A DNA stretch of 63,346 bases, filler included, from Octopus bimaculoides (lineage: Eukaryota): the NCBI RefSeq assembly GCF_001194135.2. It is 8 parts of 8 records of this genome, joined end to end, with 100 filler letters (N's around TTAATTAATTAA, not from the genome) between each part and the next. Parts side by side here need not be neighbours in the genome. Positions count along the whole stretch, not along the records: positions 24,616 to 36,901 come from NC_068985.1; positions 37,002 to 59,327 come from NC_068993.1; 6 more parts are not named here. One strand, given 5' to 3'. The notes under the pieces are model-generated. The model was not told where the DNA came from, made no database searches, and saw only the letters and a program-made list of their open reading frames with translations. Of this stretch, positions 26,204 to 39,919 are shown in pieces. The position numbers and the translations under genes were made by a program. How positions within the stretch are numbered: position 1 is the first letter of the stretch; the number at the start of each line of letters is the position of its first letter.

Positions 26204-27556
26204 ATATATACACAGACACACAGACACACAGGCACAGACACACAGACACAGACACACACACACACATACACATATATGCATATATGTTATGTATTCATAT
26301 ACACGACCCGCACACATATGCATTCGGCTTTTACTTTCTTTAGCGCAAAGTTAGAAAAATAAGCGTAAATTGGAAACGTAGCTAGCAACATATCGTTCTA
26401 CAACAAAACAAGTTACCCATGAGACCCCACCATAGATATAGCTGTCAAATAGTCTATGCGAATAGCTCACCAGCTTTAATATTATGATGTATTACTGCAA
26501 TGGAATATTCCACTTAGCTGTCAGCACTGCCATAGACACGTAATTTATAACAGTGCAATCAATTTATAATGGGGCTTTAGACATTGCTTTCAAATCAGGT
26601 ACATTAAAGATATTTCTTCAATATATACGTCTATAGGCTCTGAACTTCTGTGCCTGATCATACAAAAATCTAGGCTTCAAAACTTACCTGGCGCACGTGT
26701 GCCAAATATGGCATTTCCATAGTATAGCACACGCAAAGAAACAGATTTTTATATACATATAAATATGTGTATGTGAGTATGTGTATGTGTGTGCGTGTGT
26801 GCGCAGGAGGTTGTTTATAAATATAAGTATATACTGCTCTGGCGCTATGCAAAGCAGGTTCATTCAGATTTGCGTTTATGAATATAATTGTGTGTGAATG
26901 AGTTGACATAGAAAAACAAATTTATTAATATTTTATAAATGGAAAATTCAAATCGTTTCTGATTCACCCTACCAGGAACTATTTCATGAAGGGAGGGTGA
27001 TTTGTCTGAACGGCTCATATTAACGTATCTGCATGTATTCTTAGATGGACTGACGTTATAAATATGTTGGACCGTACGTGCTTATTGATAGATTCACTAT
27101 GGTAGATATAGGAAAATATGATATTATATTAGAAAGAAGATATTCATTTCCACCATCCTTCCGCATAAAGATATGTGCCACAATAATGTGAACGCTTGTC
27201 TGTTTGGAGTAATACAGATATTAAGCATTGTTTGACAATAAACTGAGAGCACTGAAAAACGTCTATATAACATGTAACTGAATTACTATTTTTTTCTGCA
27301 GATCAGGTATTTGAAGCTCATTGTGTGATAATTCACGTAACTACTACCCTATACTTTATAGCTTTCGCTAGTGGAATATTTAGAGAGATTATGTAAAGTA
27401 TGGTGTTATAATGTAACAATATTTGTCCTGTTTCAATCTACTATCTCTCTCTTCTCTCTGTCTCTCTGTCTCTCTGTCTCTCTCTCTGTCTCTGTCTTTC
27501 TCTCTCTCTTTATATATGTATATACATATGCACATATATATTCATACATATATATA

Positions 27557-27596
<40 letters not shown>

Positions 27597-27816
27597 AAGA
27601 AAAGCAACAAAAATTCAATAGGTTATATCAGTACGTACGTTTCGTACAAACTTCATTTATTCATGTAGTGAGAACACTACATAAAATGTGCAATGAAAAT
27701 GTACTCCTCGGCTGCATAATGGAATTTCATTTTAGAAAGTCATTTTGTGGATGTGTGCAAAAAACAAGAGTAAGAGAAGAAAAAATGCCATCTTGACTGG
27801 GCTGGTATTCAACGGT

Positions 27817-27981
27817 CTATTCACTAGTTGGACAATATCCAATGTCTCTGTTAATCATACTTGGGAATCCAGCAGGAAAGTTTAATAATGTTTGCTTTTC
27901 ATGTGAATATGTAGGAGCTACTTGCTGACTGTGTCCACGAATTTCCCAAGAGGAGTAGTTGGAGAAAGAGAATGGGTTAAC
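27817..27981 (-). CDS. Candidate terminal exon of an unidentified gene
   Basis: Open frame VNPFSFSNYSSWEIRGHSQQVAPTYSHEKQTLLNFPAGFPSMINRDIGYCPTSE* after TATTTAAAG; non-repetitive sequence; no homology recognised. Confidence 0.25.
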   Translation of the reverse strand, partial: VNPFSFSNYSSWEIRGHSQQVAPTYSHEKQTLLNFPAGFPSMINRDIGYCPTSE

Positions 27982-28879
27982 CTTTAAATAGTAACAGTCA
28001 TCATCTAAAGTTTAAATTCTAAACTATAAAACGAGGAGAAACTCGAGGGACTAATCAATGTGAATGTGATTATATTTTAGTCTGCAATGTTTTTGAGAAA
28101 TAGGATGTGAATGCGACATATTTCCCCACTTATTTGAAGAGTGATTCATCATCTCCCAGTATTAGACTTTTTAAGCAATTCAAATATTTAGAAGCTTACA
28201 TTTTACAATTTTTGCTTTATAAGTTTGAAACTTTGCCTAAAATTTGATATATAACCAATATACAGTATTAATTTTCAATACAGTCGAAAATGGCTCAGTT
28301 TCATATCACATGGTTAGGATCATTTGTAGTCAAAATGCTTATATATCAAAACGAAATTTCAATCATAAGTAAATAGCTGTTCAAATTTGTTACCGGTTCA
28401 TTTTAATCTGGACGGGAAGGCCGTCCATTTCAGAGTTAACTGCCCAGCTATTTACGGTTCATTTACAGCTGAATGCACTGAGTGAAATTAATATAACGCA
28501 TCATACTGCCCAGGATTGTTGATTTTTTCTATTAAAATATTCGCATTTAGTTACAATGCTCTCTACATGTTTCTCGGTGTTTCACTAGTAGAATTCCCAT
28601 GTGTATGTCACAGACGTTCATCCACTATTTAGTGCTGTTGCTTGTTGCGAGGTCAAATGTCTGAAATATAGCGAATCCTGAACATCGAATGTGAATCAAC
28701 TTAAATTGCATTATGACATCAACGAATTCCTCGTACGTGTGTAACAGAATAATTCCACACGTTACCCATATTTTGCTGCGAATCAGTTTTATCTAATATG
28801 TTTATAACTTTGATAGGTTTCAGCCAGTAGAGGCCCAGGTCATGTCTAACTTAATAACACCACCTGATGAAGTCTTTTA

Positions 28880-29600
28880 GTCATATATGGGGCACCATGG
28901 CCCACTCTAGGAAAGAGTGATTTTTGTTGGAGACATATCCGGGTGTAGGAAATTGGTCTGGTATTTTTAGAAGAAATATGTCTAGTGAACGCTTGAATTT
29001 TATGGGATCCGTTTCCGTTTTCACGTATTTTGGTATGGTATTAAAGAGAGCTGGCTGAGGTAAAGTAATTGTGATGGAATGTTGATATGTGTACCGAGTT
29101 CAATTTTTTGTAGTGGGTGGATAGCGCGGGGGCCAAATCCTGGATGTATTTTAAAATTGATGCCAACATCATTTGTTCAATATTGATGGAATATTTTTCA
29201 CATAACACAAATGATGTAGCGCTCCCGGCGGCGTTGGAGGGAGTAGAAATTGTGTATTTAAATTGCAATTTTCCTGACGTATGCCCTTATCTTCAAGCAT
29301 TTTAGGTCTCAAGAGGAACATTATGCAAGTAGGAATCATACGCACTTGTTCTGTTTCACTTCTGGATTTTCTCTTTGTTTCTTGTTGAACTGTTTCTCCA
29401 ATGAAGTAATCGATTGTGAGAATAATACCCCGGTGAAACTACCAATCAGGTTTGTGAATGTTCTTTCGTTGCTCTTTCGTGACTTCATCAAATACATATC
29501 TCTCTACGCCAGGTCTGCTTCAGGACCTGAAGTAGTATTTTTACTTACTACGTTATAAGAAACTAACAGAGGTACAACAAAATTCATAATACAAGTTCCA
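28880..29600 (-). mobile_element. CR1/L2-like LINE 3' fragment
   Basis: Minus-strand translation FYSLQRRRERYIICVM*KIFHQY and KFKRSLDIFLLKIPDQFPTPGYVSNKNHSFLEW, typical C-terminal motifs of this LINE group. Confidence 0.8.
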
Positions 29601-32600
29601 TAGCAATTTTTGTTTCAATGAAACGTTTTATGCATTATTAATAAAAAAAAAAAATTTAATGGCGATGCAAAACCCCATCATTAGATTTGTTATATGCATC
29701 TCGCCAATCATGACAAAATATTTTTAGTACTGATATGTAGAAAAGATATTACATTTCTCTTAATATGTAATGTAGTAGGCTCGTTCCACGTAGTTCGAAA
29801 TTTGTTAGTACATATACATACATATACGCGTGCACGAACGCGTGTGTGTGTGATTGTCCCGTACCACCGCCTGAATAGCGATGCTGGTCTGTTACGCGGT
29901 TCGGCAAGTGATCGATAGAATAATTACCAGGCTAAACTATATAGTAACTATTGCTGTCGGTTTCGAATGAAACTCAAGGCGGTGCTGCAGCATGGCCGTA
30001 TTCAGATGAATGAAACTACCAAACACATATATACTTACCTATATCGTTAAAAGAATTACTTGTCCTAATGCTAAAGGTGTTCGATTCAGGATCGTAAGAT
30101 TAAAGTTCTATTGCCAAATAGGGCGGTGCTTTACGTGCATGAGAGAAAGACTTATGTTCGCATTGACCCAGCAGTACACGCCAGCCCAGTAAAAGATTGA
30201 CCATGGGAAAGAATGATCTATTTAAATCAACTGTTGTGACTCAGATCACTTAAACACTACTGGAACCTGGCAGCGAGTACTAGGAGCCACAGAACTCGAG
30301 GCAATAATCTCCAGAGGTTGCGTCTTCTGCTGCTGCTGCTGCTGCTGTTGTGTTTCTTGTTATTGTTGCTGCTGATGTTGTCATTGCCATAGTTACAGCT
30401 GTTGCTGTTGCTGATGTTATAGATGGTGACGAGGAGTAGGAGGAAGCGGAGGAAAACGACGGCAACCACGACGATGATCATTGGGGCGGTGGTAGTGATG
30501 GTGGGAGTGGTGGTGATAATGACGACGACGATGATGACGATTATGACGACGAAACGACACTTACGCGGTAATAAATCTTAAAGAAATATAAAAGATTGGG
30601 CAACGAAATTACGAGATAAACAATAGATATTATAAAGCAGATACGATAATATAACAAGGAAGATGACAGTTTGTTTGATAAGGCTTCCATAAATAAAACA
30701 GAACAAACAATTGACAATAATTATCGCTTCATTGCGTCGAGTATATAATTATATAGCATAATTATTGTAGTTAGCGTTGTATGAAGAGAAACTGATAACT
30801 GTAAGTACGAAGTACTGATGATGCTGATGATTCAGAGATGGAATGAAAATTCATAATAATTATTCAATTGTCCAATTAAGTCTTATTTCAGAAGTATATA
30901 TCGAAATAATTACAGTAGCGAATGTAATTACTTAATTATTTAATCTGTGTATTATATTTTTGTTATCTTTTAAATTATGCCATGGAATCAATACGTCATC
31001 ATTGAAATTCAGAAATTCTACTGTAAATTATGTTTACCGATTTCTGTGAAGAAACCCGCAAAATATACAAACAATATATTTTATGTTTGCTTGTATGTAT
31101 ATATGTGTGTGTGTGTGTGTGTGTATGTGTGTATGTGTGTGTACATATGTGTGTGCGCGCGTATACAAACACATACACATATGTATATTCATATACATAC
31201 ACATGTTCGCACTCGTGTCTGCGCTTAGCTGTATGCATCATGTGATTAAATTATATATACATATATATATATACATATATATATATACATATNNNNNNNN
31301 NNNNNNNNNNNNNNNNNNNNNNNNNNNNNNNNNNNNNNNNNNNNNNNNNNNNNNNNNNNNNNNNNNNNNNNNNNNNNNNNNNNNNNNNNNNNNNNNNNNN
31401 NNNNNNNNNNNNNNNNNNNNNNNNNNNNNNNNNNNNNNNNNNNNNNNNNNNNNNNNNNNNNNNNNNNNNNNNNNNNNNNNNNNNNNNNNNNNNNNNNNNN
31501 NNNNNNNNNNNNNNNNNNNNNNNNNNNNNNNNNNNNNNNNNNNNNNNNNNNNNNATATATATATATATAGATAGATAGATACGACGGGCTTCTTTCAGTT
31601 TCCGTCTACCAAATCCATTCAGAAGGCTTTGGTGGGACCGAGGTTAGAGTAGAAGACACTTGCCCAAGGTACCACGCAGTGGGACTGAACCCGGAACCAT
31701 GTGGTTCGTAAGCAAACTACTTACCACATAGCCACGCCTGCGCCTATACGAATATTTTTATAAAAATATTTATGGGTGTGTTTGTCACATTTAAACGGAA
31801 AAGCTGTGTACAATCACACAGATAACACAGACACACACACCAGTCAGTATTATATGTTAGCAGCCGAGATATATTCTAAATATCTCCAGAATGGAAACGC
31901 AATGATATGGGAACCAGGCGTTCAGAGCTTTCAATGACATATCCTAACAGTTTTGAGGGGCAATAAAACCGCATTAAATATCGCATTGAAAAGTTTATCG
32001 CCAAAAGAAATGAGAAAAAAATTGGGACTGATTTCAAACAGTATCTAACCATTTTTGGATGTATCAGATTTGATAGATGCATGAATATAATAGCAATTAT
32101 CTTTACAATACCTTTTTTTGTTTTGAAGTTGAGATTGAAAAAAATCGACCTTGCTTATGAAAAGATTTGGACAGAAATCCCTAAGTTACTTCCGTTCCTT
32201 CACATATGGTAATATACGAATATTCACAAAGAATATGTAATTGTAAATCATGTACCGAATAGCAGGTAACTCTTTTTAATGTTTATGTAAGAGACCTTCA
32301 TTAAAAATATATGCATGAAGGAGAGTTATAGGCTGATCGATAGAGATTGTAATATAACGTAACTGACACTCCTGGTAGTTGAAAGTACAGTAGTTTTAAA
32401 AAGAACGGAGTTGTAAGAGAAGAGCTAATGTTTATAAACCTAAACATCTATTTATGTGATGTTCGTTCTACATTTGACAATTTGTACGTCGTTTTTCTTT
32501 TTTTGGAATCGCTAAATATTTTGGTAGAGAGTCAACGATGTTGGAGATCAGAAAGATTAAATTTATAGTTGATAAAATGTTAGCTGACAGGGAGGAGTGG

Positions 32601-32689
32601 AAGCCATCAATATACAGGAGGGAAATTGTGTTACTTGTATGATGCCACCTCACGCCGGGTATCAATATTTTACTCAATGCTCTCTGAAT

Positions 32690-33290
32690 ATTATAAAGGT
32701 TGCATTACTTGGCATGGACAACTGCAACGGGGACAAAAATGCCAAGCTCAGCAGAACGCAATAGAACAGGCGTTCTGACTGCAATCACACACTGGAGCCT
32801 AGCCAACAATTACAGTATATCCTTGGTCAAGTGCTTACGAACAATGAACACGTCTATTGAAAATGTTCGCTACTGTGTTCAATTCCTAGCCGGAGAAGGT
32901 TGGTGATGGAACATATTTCAAAGAATACTTGTCATACTTCCGGAAAGAATCAGATTTTCCCAATACCTGAACTCCAAATGCTTCCAATTTTTATGGGAGG
33001 GTTTACTAGCTTTGGGGTGTGGTTGAGAAAGACATTCACCTCTCTACCAATAACACCAATGCCGAGCTGGAGACCAAAATCAAGGAGGCATTCAAAGATC
33101 TTCCCAGCGATGTAGTGAGGAACGCATGTATCAGATGCCGAAGACACCTTGAGGCGGTGGTGTTCATTATTTGTGGGTACTTTAAGTAGACAAATCTATC
33201 ACTATAATAATGTAGTTGATATCTTTTGATATTTCTATACTTTTACTCTTTGTTGGGGTATAGTTTTCCTTTTATTCTATGAAAACATGT
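32690..33290 (+). mobile_element. Decayed Tc1/mariner (maT-like) transposase remnant
   Basis: ...WGVVEKDIHLSTNNTNAELETKIKEAFKDLPSDVVRNACIRCRRHLEAVV parallels the element at 2929-3804. Confidence 0.6.
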
Positions 33291-33589
33291 TTGTGATTGT
33301 GTGTCTGTCAGTAGTTATTGCGACTTTGCTTTGAATAATGCACTCTGTCCTTTGTTTTATTTCAAAGTACATGTTGTTTAAATATCAATATACTGAAGGA
33401 ATTCTGAGAAAAGAGATTTAGAAGGTAGACAATTGGTTAAGACTGCAAATGCTAGAGAGATTTATTCTTGCCCGAGAAAAAATATTAAAAAAGTAAGTTA
33501 CTAATGTATATAATCTGCAAATGGAATTATATGTGCTGGGTTGTGTATAATGTCAAACCTTTCGCGAATATTAATATTTAAATAAGTAA

Positions 33590-34095
33590 TGAAATATAGG
33601 AAAACTAATTTCTTGTATAGTGCTTTATATTTGCACTCTTTCATCCGCCACAAGCCCGACCTTCCTACTTCTAATAATAGCGGTTTTGTGGCATATTTTA
33701 CATATCATGGTATGTTGTTTTCTTCTGCTCTAATGCTGTGTTCGCATCCAAAAAGTTCTCTTCCCCCTCTTTTTCTTGGTACATAAAGTCTGTCCGTGTC
33801 ACTTTTTGAGTGGAATGACACATCTAGTTAGGAACTTCCTTGTCTTTCTGTCTAAGTTGTTTAGTTCGTCTACTGCCCATGCCATTACCCCTGCTCCATT
33901 TCTAAGGAGTGAAACAGCTCAGGTGTTGATAGCTTCGATCTTAATCCGTCCGTTTGATTTCAACTTAAGGATTTGCCTCAGTCGGCGCAAGTACCCCACC
34001 ATAATTTTTTCTGTCGCTTCTTTCTCCATGAATTTATCCATTTCCAAAATCCTCAACTGCTTATAGCCCGTCTCTTCTATCTGCTTCATAACCTA
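33590..34095 (-). mobile_element. R4/Dong-like LINE RT fragment
   Basis: Minus translation GYKQLRILEMDK...YLRRLRQILKLKSNGRIKIEAINT*AVSLLRNGAG...LDRKTRKFL...TDRLYVPRKRGGREL. Confidence 0.85.
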
Positions 34096-34936
34096 CCCCG
34101 TCGTTGTTTTTGTTGTTGTTGTTTAAAATATCCTGCCAGAATTGATAGAATGCCGCAGAAAATACTTAGCGTCATTTCGTCAATTTGTACGTTCTAAGTT
34201 CAAAGTTCAATCTTAACAAATGAAACGCATCAAAAACCGATGTTTTGCGTTTCGTCCTTTTGGGGTTGAGAGAATATGTTCCAAATGAGTTACAGGTGTA
34301 ATCTACTACCCCGCTCCTCCAGAATGTCAGGCCTTGTGCATTTACTGGGAAGTATTATTGTCGTTCGTGTTATTTATGTCATTTCGGTCACAACCAACGA
34401 TCCATGTCCGTAAGTAATAGTAGGCACGAACACCGAGTTAAAGGTAACGAGTTTGTGTTTTATACCATATCAAAATTCTAATTTCCACACATGCGTATAC
34501 ATACGTAACACTATGCATATATTTGTAAGTGCATCGTACGATGTTTTATTTATTTATTGTTCTATAACTTGTCTAATTAAGTTTGGAAAGTAATTAGTAA
34601 ATAATACACTTCCTAATAAAACAACATATTCCTATATTCAATTAAATTGTACGTGTAGGATATTTGTAGATTAATGATGACATATAGCTAATAAATGGTA
34701 GAACGTTGGTGGACGGGAAGATTTATCTGCCTGTGCGGAAATATAATTAAATTTTTCATATAGATATATATTTACCACGAAATTTTCAATCGGAATTTAT
34801 AAATTAAAATATTTGCAGGGAATTTCAGCGGAAACCAGAACTCTCTATGAAAGAAGCTTTTGGAATTTAAGCATAAACTTTACAGATACACACACATGCT
34901 CACACGCACAGACCTACAAATACATAGATATTTATA

Positions 34937-35652
34937 CGGGGTCCGCCATAAGTAACTATATATTTTCTTTTGCTTGTAACTTTCTTGATACTTATTCAAT
35001 TTTTCTATTTCATATGTCATTTGAAAGCTGAAATATTTTCAGATATACTGTTATATCGTTCAGGTCCACCCGATTAACAAAAAAGCCAAAGATTGCGGTT
35101 TTGAAATGTTTCTGCACAAAGTTATTTAGCTATGCTACAGAAGCTGCTTTTGCCATAATTACAACAGCAGGACGGAGCAGAGGGTCTGCACTTTCAGCAG
35201 GATGGGGCACCGGCCCATTATGCTACGCTTGTGCGAGACTGGCTGGGCGCCAACCTACCTTGGCGATGGATTGGCAGGCGAGGACCGCTTGAGTGGCCGT
35301 ATCGTTCGCCGGATTTGACTCCACCCGACTTTTTCCTGTGGGGCGTTCTCAAAGAGAAAGTCAACTCAACAAAGCCCCGCACCATTGCTGAACTTCAGGA
35401 ACAAATTCAAGCTGCCATTGCTCATGTGCCGTTGGGGTTGTGCGCCAAAGTATGCCGCTCAATCCCTGAAAGATTAGCAAAGTGCATTGAGCTCCACAGA
35501 GAGCACACGGGGCTTTAAAAACACATCACGTTTTATGTTGCAACAAACTTTAGTGTACCCTGTGTTACTTTCTGTATTGTAGTAGCTTATTTCTTTTATG
35601 TCACAGTTATCATGTTGAAATAAAAAGATATAGTTACTTTTGGCGGACCCTG
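34937..35652 (+). mobile_element. Internally deleted Tc1/mariner (Tc3-like) element with TIRs
   Basis: TA-flanked TIRs CGGGGTCCGCCATAAGTAACTATAT and ATATAGTTACTTTTGGCGGACCCTG. ORF 35231-35518 has RWIGRRGPLEWPYRSPDLTPPDFFLWG. Confidence 0.9.
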
Positions 35653-36318
35653 TATAGGAATTATTGCATTACATGAGCCACATTATAAAATCAACTTCCT
35701 TAGCTTGAAGATCTTTCTGTTACGAAAAGCAGTAGAGCCAGAACTGAGTGCATGCAACATTTGACAGCTTGCAAGTAGGTGTAAGAAATTACAATATATG
35801 TGTGTCTTTGTGTGTGTACTTCACTTTTTTTATTTTTTAAATTTTAAAATAAATGTTGACCGGTCAGGAACCTCGTAGCAGAGTTCTGAAAGAATATAAC
35901 TTATTTTAATCACCATCCTTTAAATATTTACGTCTTGCAAATGTTTATAGTCAAATATAGTGTATTCTTCCCTTTCGATGTATTAGTAGGTAGAATCCAA
36001 GTAGTTATAGAATATATGACATTGATATAATTGAATTTTAATATCGAATATTATCAAAATTCACAATACCTATATCGTATACGACATTGCCAACTGAAAT
36101 ATCTATTTGCTAAATTTATACAACCATTCAATATTCTTTAGGTCTCTATTTACTTTCATTTAATATAATTAATAATGTTTGAGTCGAGTTGATATATTTT
36201 CAAACGATTATACTATGTTATTTGACAACGGAGAGTATTCTTATAAAATCATTTTTAAGACAAATTCCTTTGAAGGCGTAACAGTAATTCTACTTCAAAA
36301 TGAAACACATGCGATTTA

Positions 36319-36333
36319 CCAGTAGATGGCGCA
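36319..36333 (+). promoter_or_regulatory. CTCF-like binding motif
   Basis: CCAGTAGATGGCGCA matches the CTCF core CCA(G/C)(C/T)AG(A/G)(G/T)GGC(G/A)C in non-repeat DNA. Motif match only. Confidence 0.35.
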
Positions 36334-36598
36334 GCGGCAACAATTACTCCAAGTAACAATTGCAGACTGAACTTCAATAACAGTGAATTGAAGCGAGCCA
36401 TGAAGAATTTAAAGGTAGTGGAATTGCACTTCATCTAAAAGTATGTACATGCATAGTTTTATTAAATATACGCGTTGCCTATAACAGCAGCATTTTTGTA
36501 TGTATCTAACAACGTATGCTTGCATGCATGCATATATATGTCAGGTCGCTCTTATAAGTATTCATGAGCGCTACTGGTAACATGTAATCCAGTACAAC

Positions 36599-36678
36599 CT
36601 GTCTCATGGTCGGGTCGTCGGCGACTAAACTGGCAACCCCACCAAGTTCGCTTGGTGAGGAGGGTGATTGTTGGCATC
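36599..36678 (-). CDS. Candidate internal exon of an unidentified gene
   Basis: Strong acceptor TCTTATTTTCATCCCGCAG, donor CAG/GTTGTA, GC-rich; (G)CQQSPSSPSELGGVASLVADDPTMRQ, phase 1 to 0. Confidence 0.3.
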
Positions 36679-37001
36679 CTGCGGGATGAAAAATAAGACT
36701 CGTCAAAAGGACGTAAGAACTACTGTGTAGTAACGTCCACCCAGCAATGTTTGTTTCTGTGTGTGTGTTTAAATTCTGTGTGCGCGTGTTGTTGTGCTGT
36801 GCTGTGTGTGTGTGTGTATATTTTTATATGCATTTCTTTTTATATATATATATGTATATTTTTTTTATATTTACTACTTTTTTTTTATATATTTACTTTA
36901 TNNNNNNNNNNNNNNNNNNNNNNNNNNNNNNNNNNNNNNNNNNNNTTAATTAATTAANNNNNNNNNNNNNNNNNNNNNNNNNNNNNNNNNNNNNNNNNNN
37001 N

Positions 37002-37036
<35 letters not shown>

Positions 37037-39878
37037 TGTATGTATGTATGCATTTATGCATATGCATTGATGTTTGTATGTATGTATCAGTACAAGATAT
37101 GACACTAACTTCGTACAATCTGAAAAGCAGACATCATTTGCAGTACTAAATATATATTCGGAGTTAACGACGCAGATGTTCCGTCACTTCATACGTCTCT
37201 TAATGATAGACAGCTTTACAGGAATAATACCAAAATATTTGGAATTCCTTTGCAAATGCTTCTTAATTAAAGTCATCTGTCATTGTGATACACATGCGTT
37301 GATTAAATATTAAACACAATAAATTATCAACATTTCAAGTTGTCATAAAGCAGACTCGGGAGGAGGTTGGCCCTACTTGATGCAAAGGCATGCAAAGTGT
37401 ATGCGTTGCAGTAGATCGGTGACTCCCGTGTATTTTTCTTGTCGAAAACATATCTATTTTATATTTGTCTGCTATTGTCGTTTCATGATGGTTTTTTATT
37501 TTTATTGTTGGTTATAGTTAAATGATGAGATACAAAATCAATTTTTGAGGAACATTGCTCGCAAGAAAATTTGCAAATTTCTGCCAATATTTGAAATATT
37601 CTTTGTATCCTTTCTAAGGATATTCCTAAGGCTTAACGTCTTGTGGAACCGGGTAATCGTCTACATAGAATCTTGTAATTGATTGTAGTAATTTTATCGA
37701 CCCCAAAAGGGAGATAAAGTCGACGTAGGCAGAAATGTAACCCTGAATATAAAGATAGAATAAAAGTCCCCATTGATTCTGCTAGCTCACCTTCTTTGGG
37801 AATGATTCGAGTGCTCACATGCCGCTTCCTTATCAACACGCTTTATTTACTTATATACACAGATACACATATATACACATATAGACATATACACACATAC
37901 ATACAAACATATAAACACACACGCACAATCACTTAGGCACACGAAGACAATCACCTATACACATAGGCACGTATGTATTTTTAATCGGCATAAACTTATA
38001 GATAAACTATTCTCAGGTGACAAGTTTAAAAAAAAACAAAGAAACTATGGTGGGTGATTTGAAATAAAGTACATCGGCACACATGCACACGCACACACAC
38101 ACATGCACACGCACACACAACGCGCACACAACACACAGAGAGGCATCTGGAGAAATTTCATTGTAAGTCAGTCATAGTACTTCACGACAGTTTTGAATAG
38201 ACTGGATATATAAACAGGCACCAAATTGAAACAATGTATGCACTTTTACATACGCCTAAATACCACAATCACAAATGTGTCCCGGGAATATATAAGTTTA
38301 TTTTAATATATAAGACTCGAGTTTGTTTCAATTTTGCTGGTGTATATAATAGTTTGTTGATATACAATAAACATTTGCATATTTGAAATTAGTGTACTGA
38401 ACATAGTTGACTCTACCAGCACATACGTGGACACTACTCTAGCGATAAGTTATGATTTAGGCATAAATGCGACAATTTTGAATGAAGATATTGGTTGACA
38501 GTTTCGACCAAATTACTTGAATTCTGTGTAATTTTTCGGGTCCCTGTGGAACGGAAGGCACTGTTGATCACGGCAGAATTTGAACAATGAACGTAAAGGA
38601 TCAGAAGATATACAGCTAGAATTTTCTCCCAACGACCTAACGATTCAACAATTCCATCATTTTATACATTGGTATATGATTATAATTCTTTAGCTCCGAA
38701 TTTGAGACATAATTTATATATCTTTAAACTTTTCGTTTATCAAGCCGTTTCGGGACTCGCAGAAAATGTATTCCGGTTGAATATTCAGTAATATTCATAA
38801 TTTACAGCTCCATTATTTATATATACATAATTTATAGCTGCAAGCAAAGGGAAAATCTGAATTTATTGATGCATTTTGCTGAAGGTCTTCTTACGGGCGA
38901 TGAGAGGAAATACAAATTCATAGTCAGTGAAATTACTATTTAATATCGAGATCTCATGTTTAAAGTCTTTCGCTCTGCGAGTGAATACAACGTTGTTTGT
39001 TTCTATCTTCTATAATTTGTCTTATGGCTGAAGAAAATTATGAGTGTATTTTATATAAATCTGACTAACAGAAACAAGATATTGTCTCCGGCAAATGTGT
39101 CTTCAACTTAAGATTCTTATAATTCTCGATAAAATTATGTAGCACGCAAGGAGTCGACTAATTCCGAACGTTTCCCCAGAACAGCTGCCACTGTATCTGA
39201 ATTAGAAATAATGATTATTATCATTAAGATATCCGGCTGGCAAGACCATTTGCCCACTAGGCAAAGTGCTTAACGTTATTTCATCTGTCTTTATGTTCTT
39301 TACGTTCGGTTCATCCGACCAACGGAACAGCATACTCGTGAAATTAATGTGCAAGTTGCTAAGCATTCCACCGACACACGTACACCTGACGTAGTTCTTT
39401 GGAAGGTTCGGCATGTAGGAAGGCTGGTCCGTTGAAATACAAATACAACCAAATTTTGCCAGCTGAGTGGACTGGATCAACGTGAAATAAAATGTCTTAC
39501 TCAAAGACGCTTTATTGAATTGAACGCACGACCTTACGATCTTACGACCTTATTCTGCCAAACGGGGTCCCATCATGGCCGCAATCTAATGACTGAAACA
39601 AGTGAAAGATAAATATATGTGAACGCGGAAGCATGTGGTTAGGAAGCAAACTTCTTACCACAGAGGCATGCCTTCATGTGTGTATATATGTATATATACA
39701 TATATATACATGTGTGTGTATGTGTGTGTGTTTGTGTGTATATATATATAATCACACCCAGACGCTCCACATATATATGTAATGTCATACGTATGTGTTA
39801 GTCATTATGTGTTAGACATGGAAAGTCATATGTCTAAAGATATATAAATATGTGTTATCTATCTACTCTATTTATCTG

Positions 39879-39919
<41 letters not shown>

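Noticed and set aside
31890-32040. Exon-like segment EWKRNDMGTRRSELSMTYPNSF...
   Set aside because: The frame hits TAA after GAGGGGCAA.
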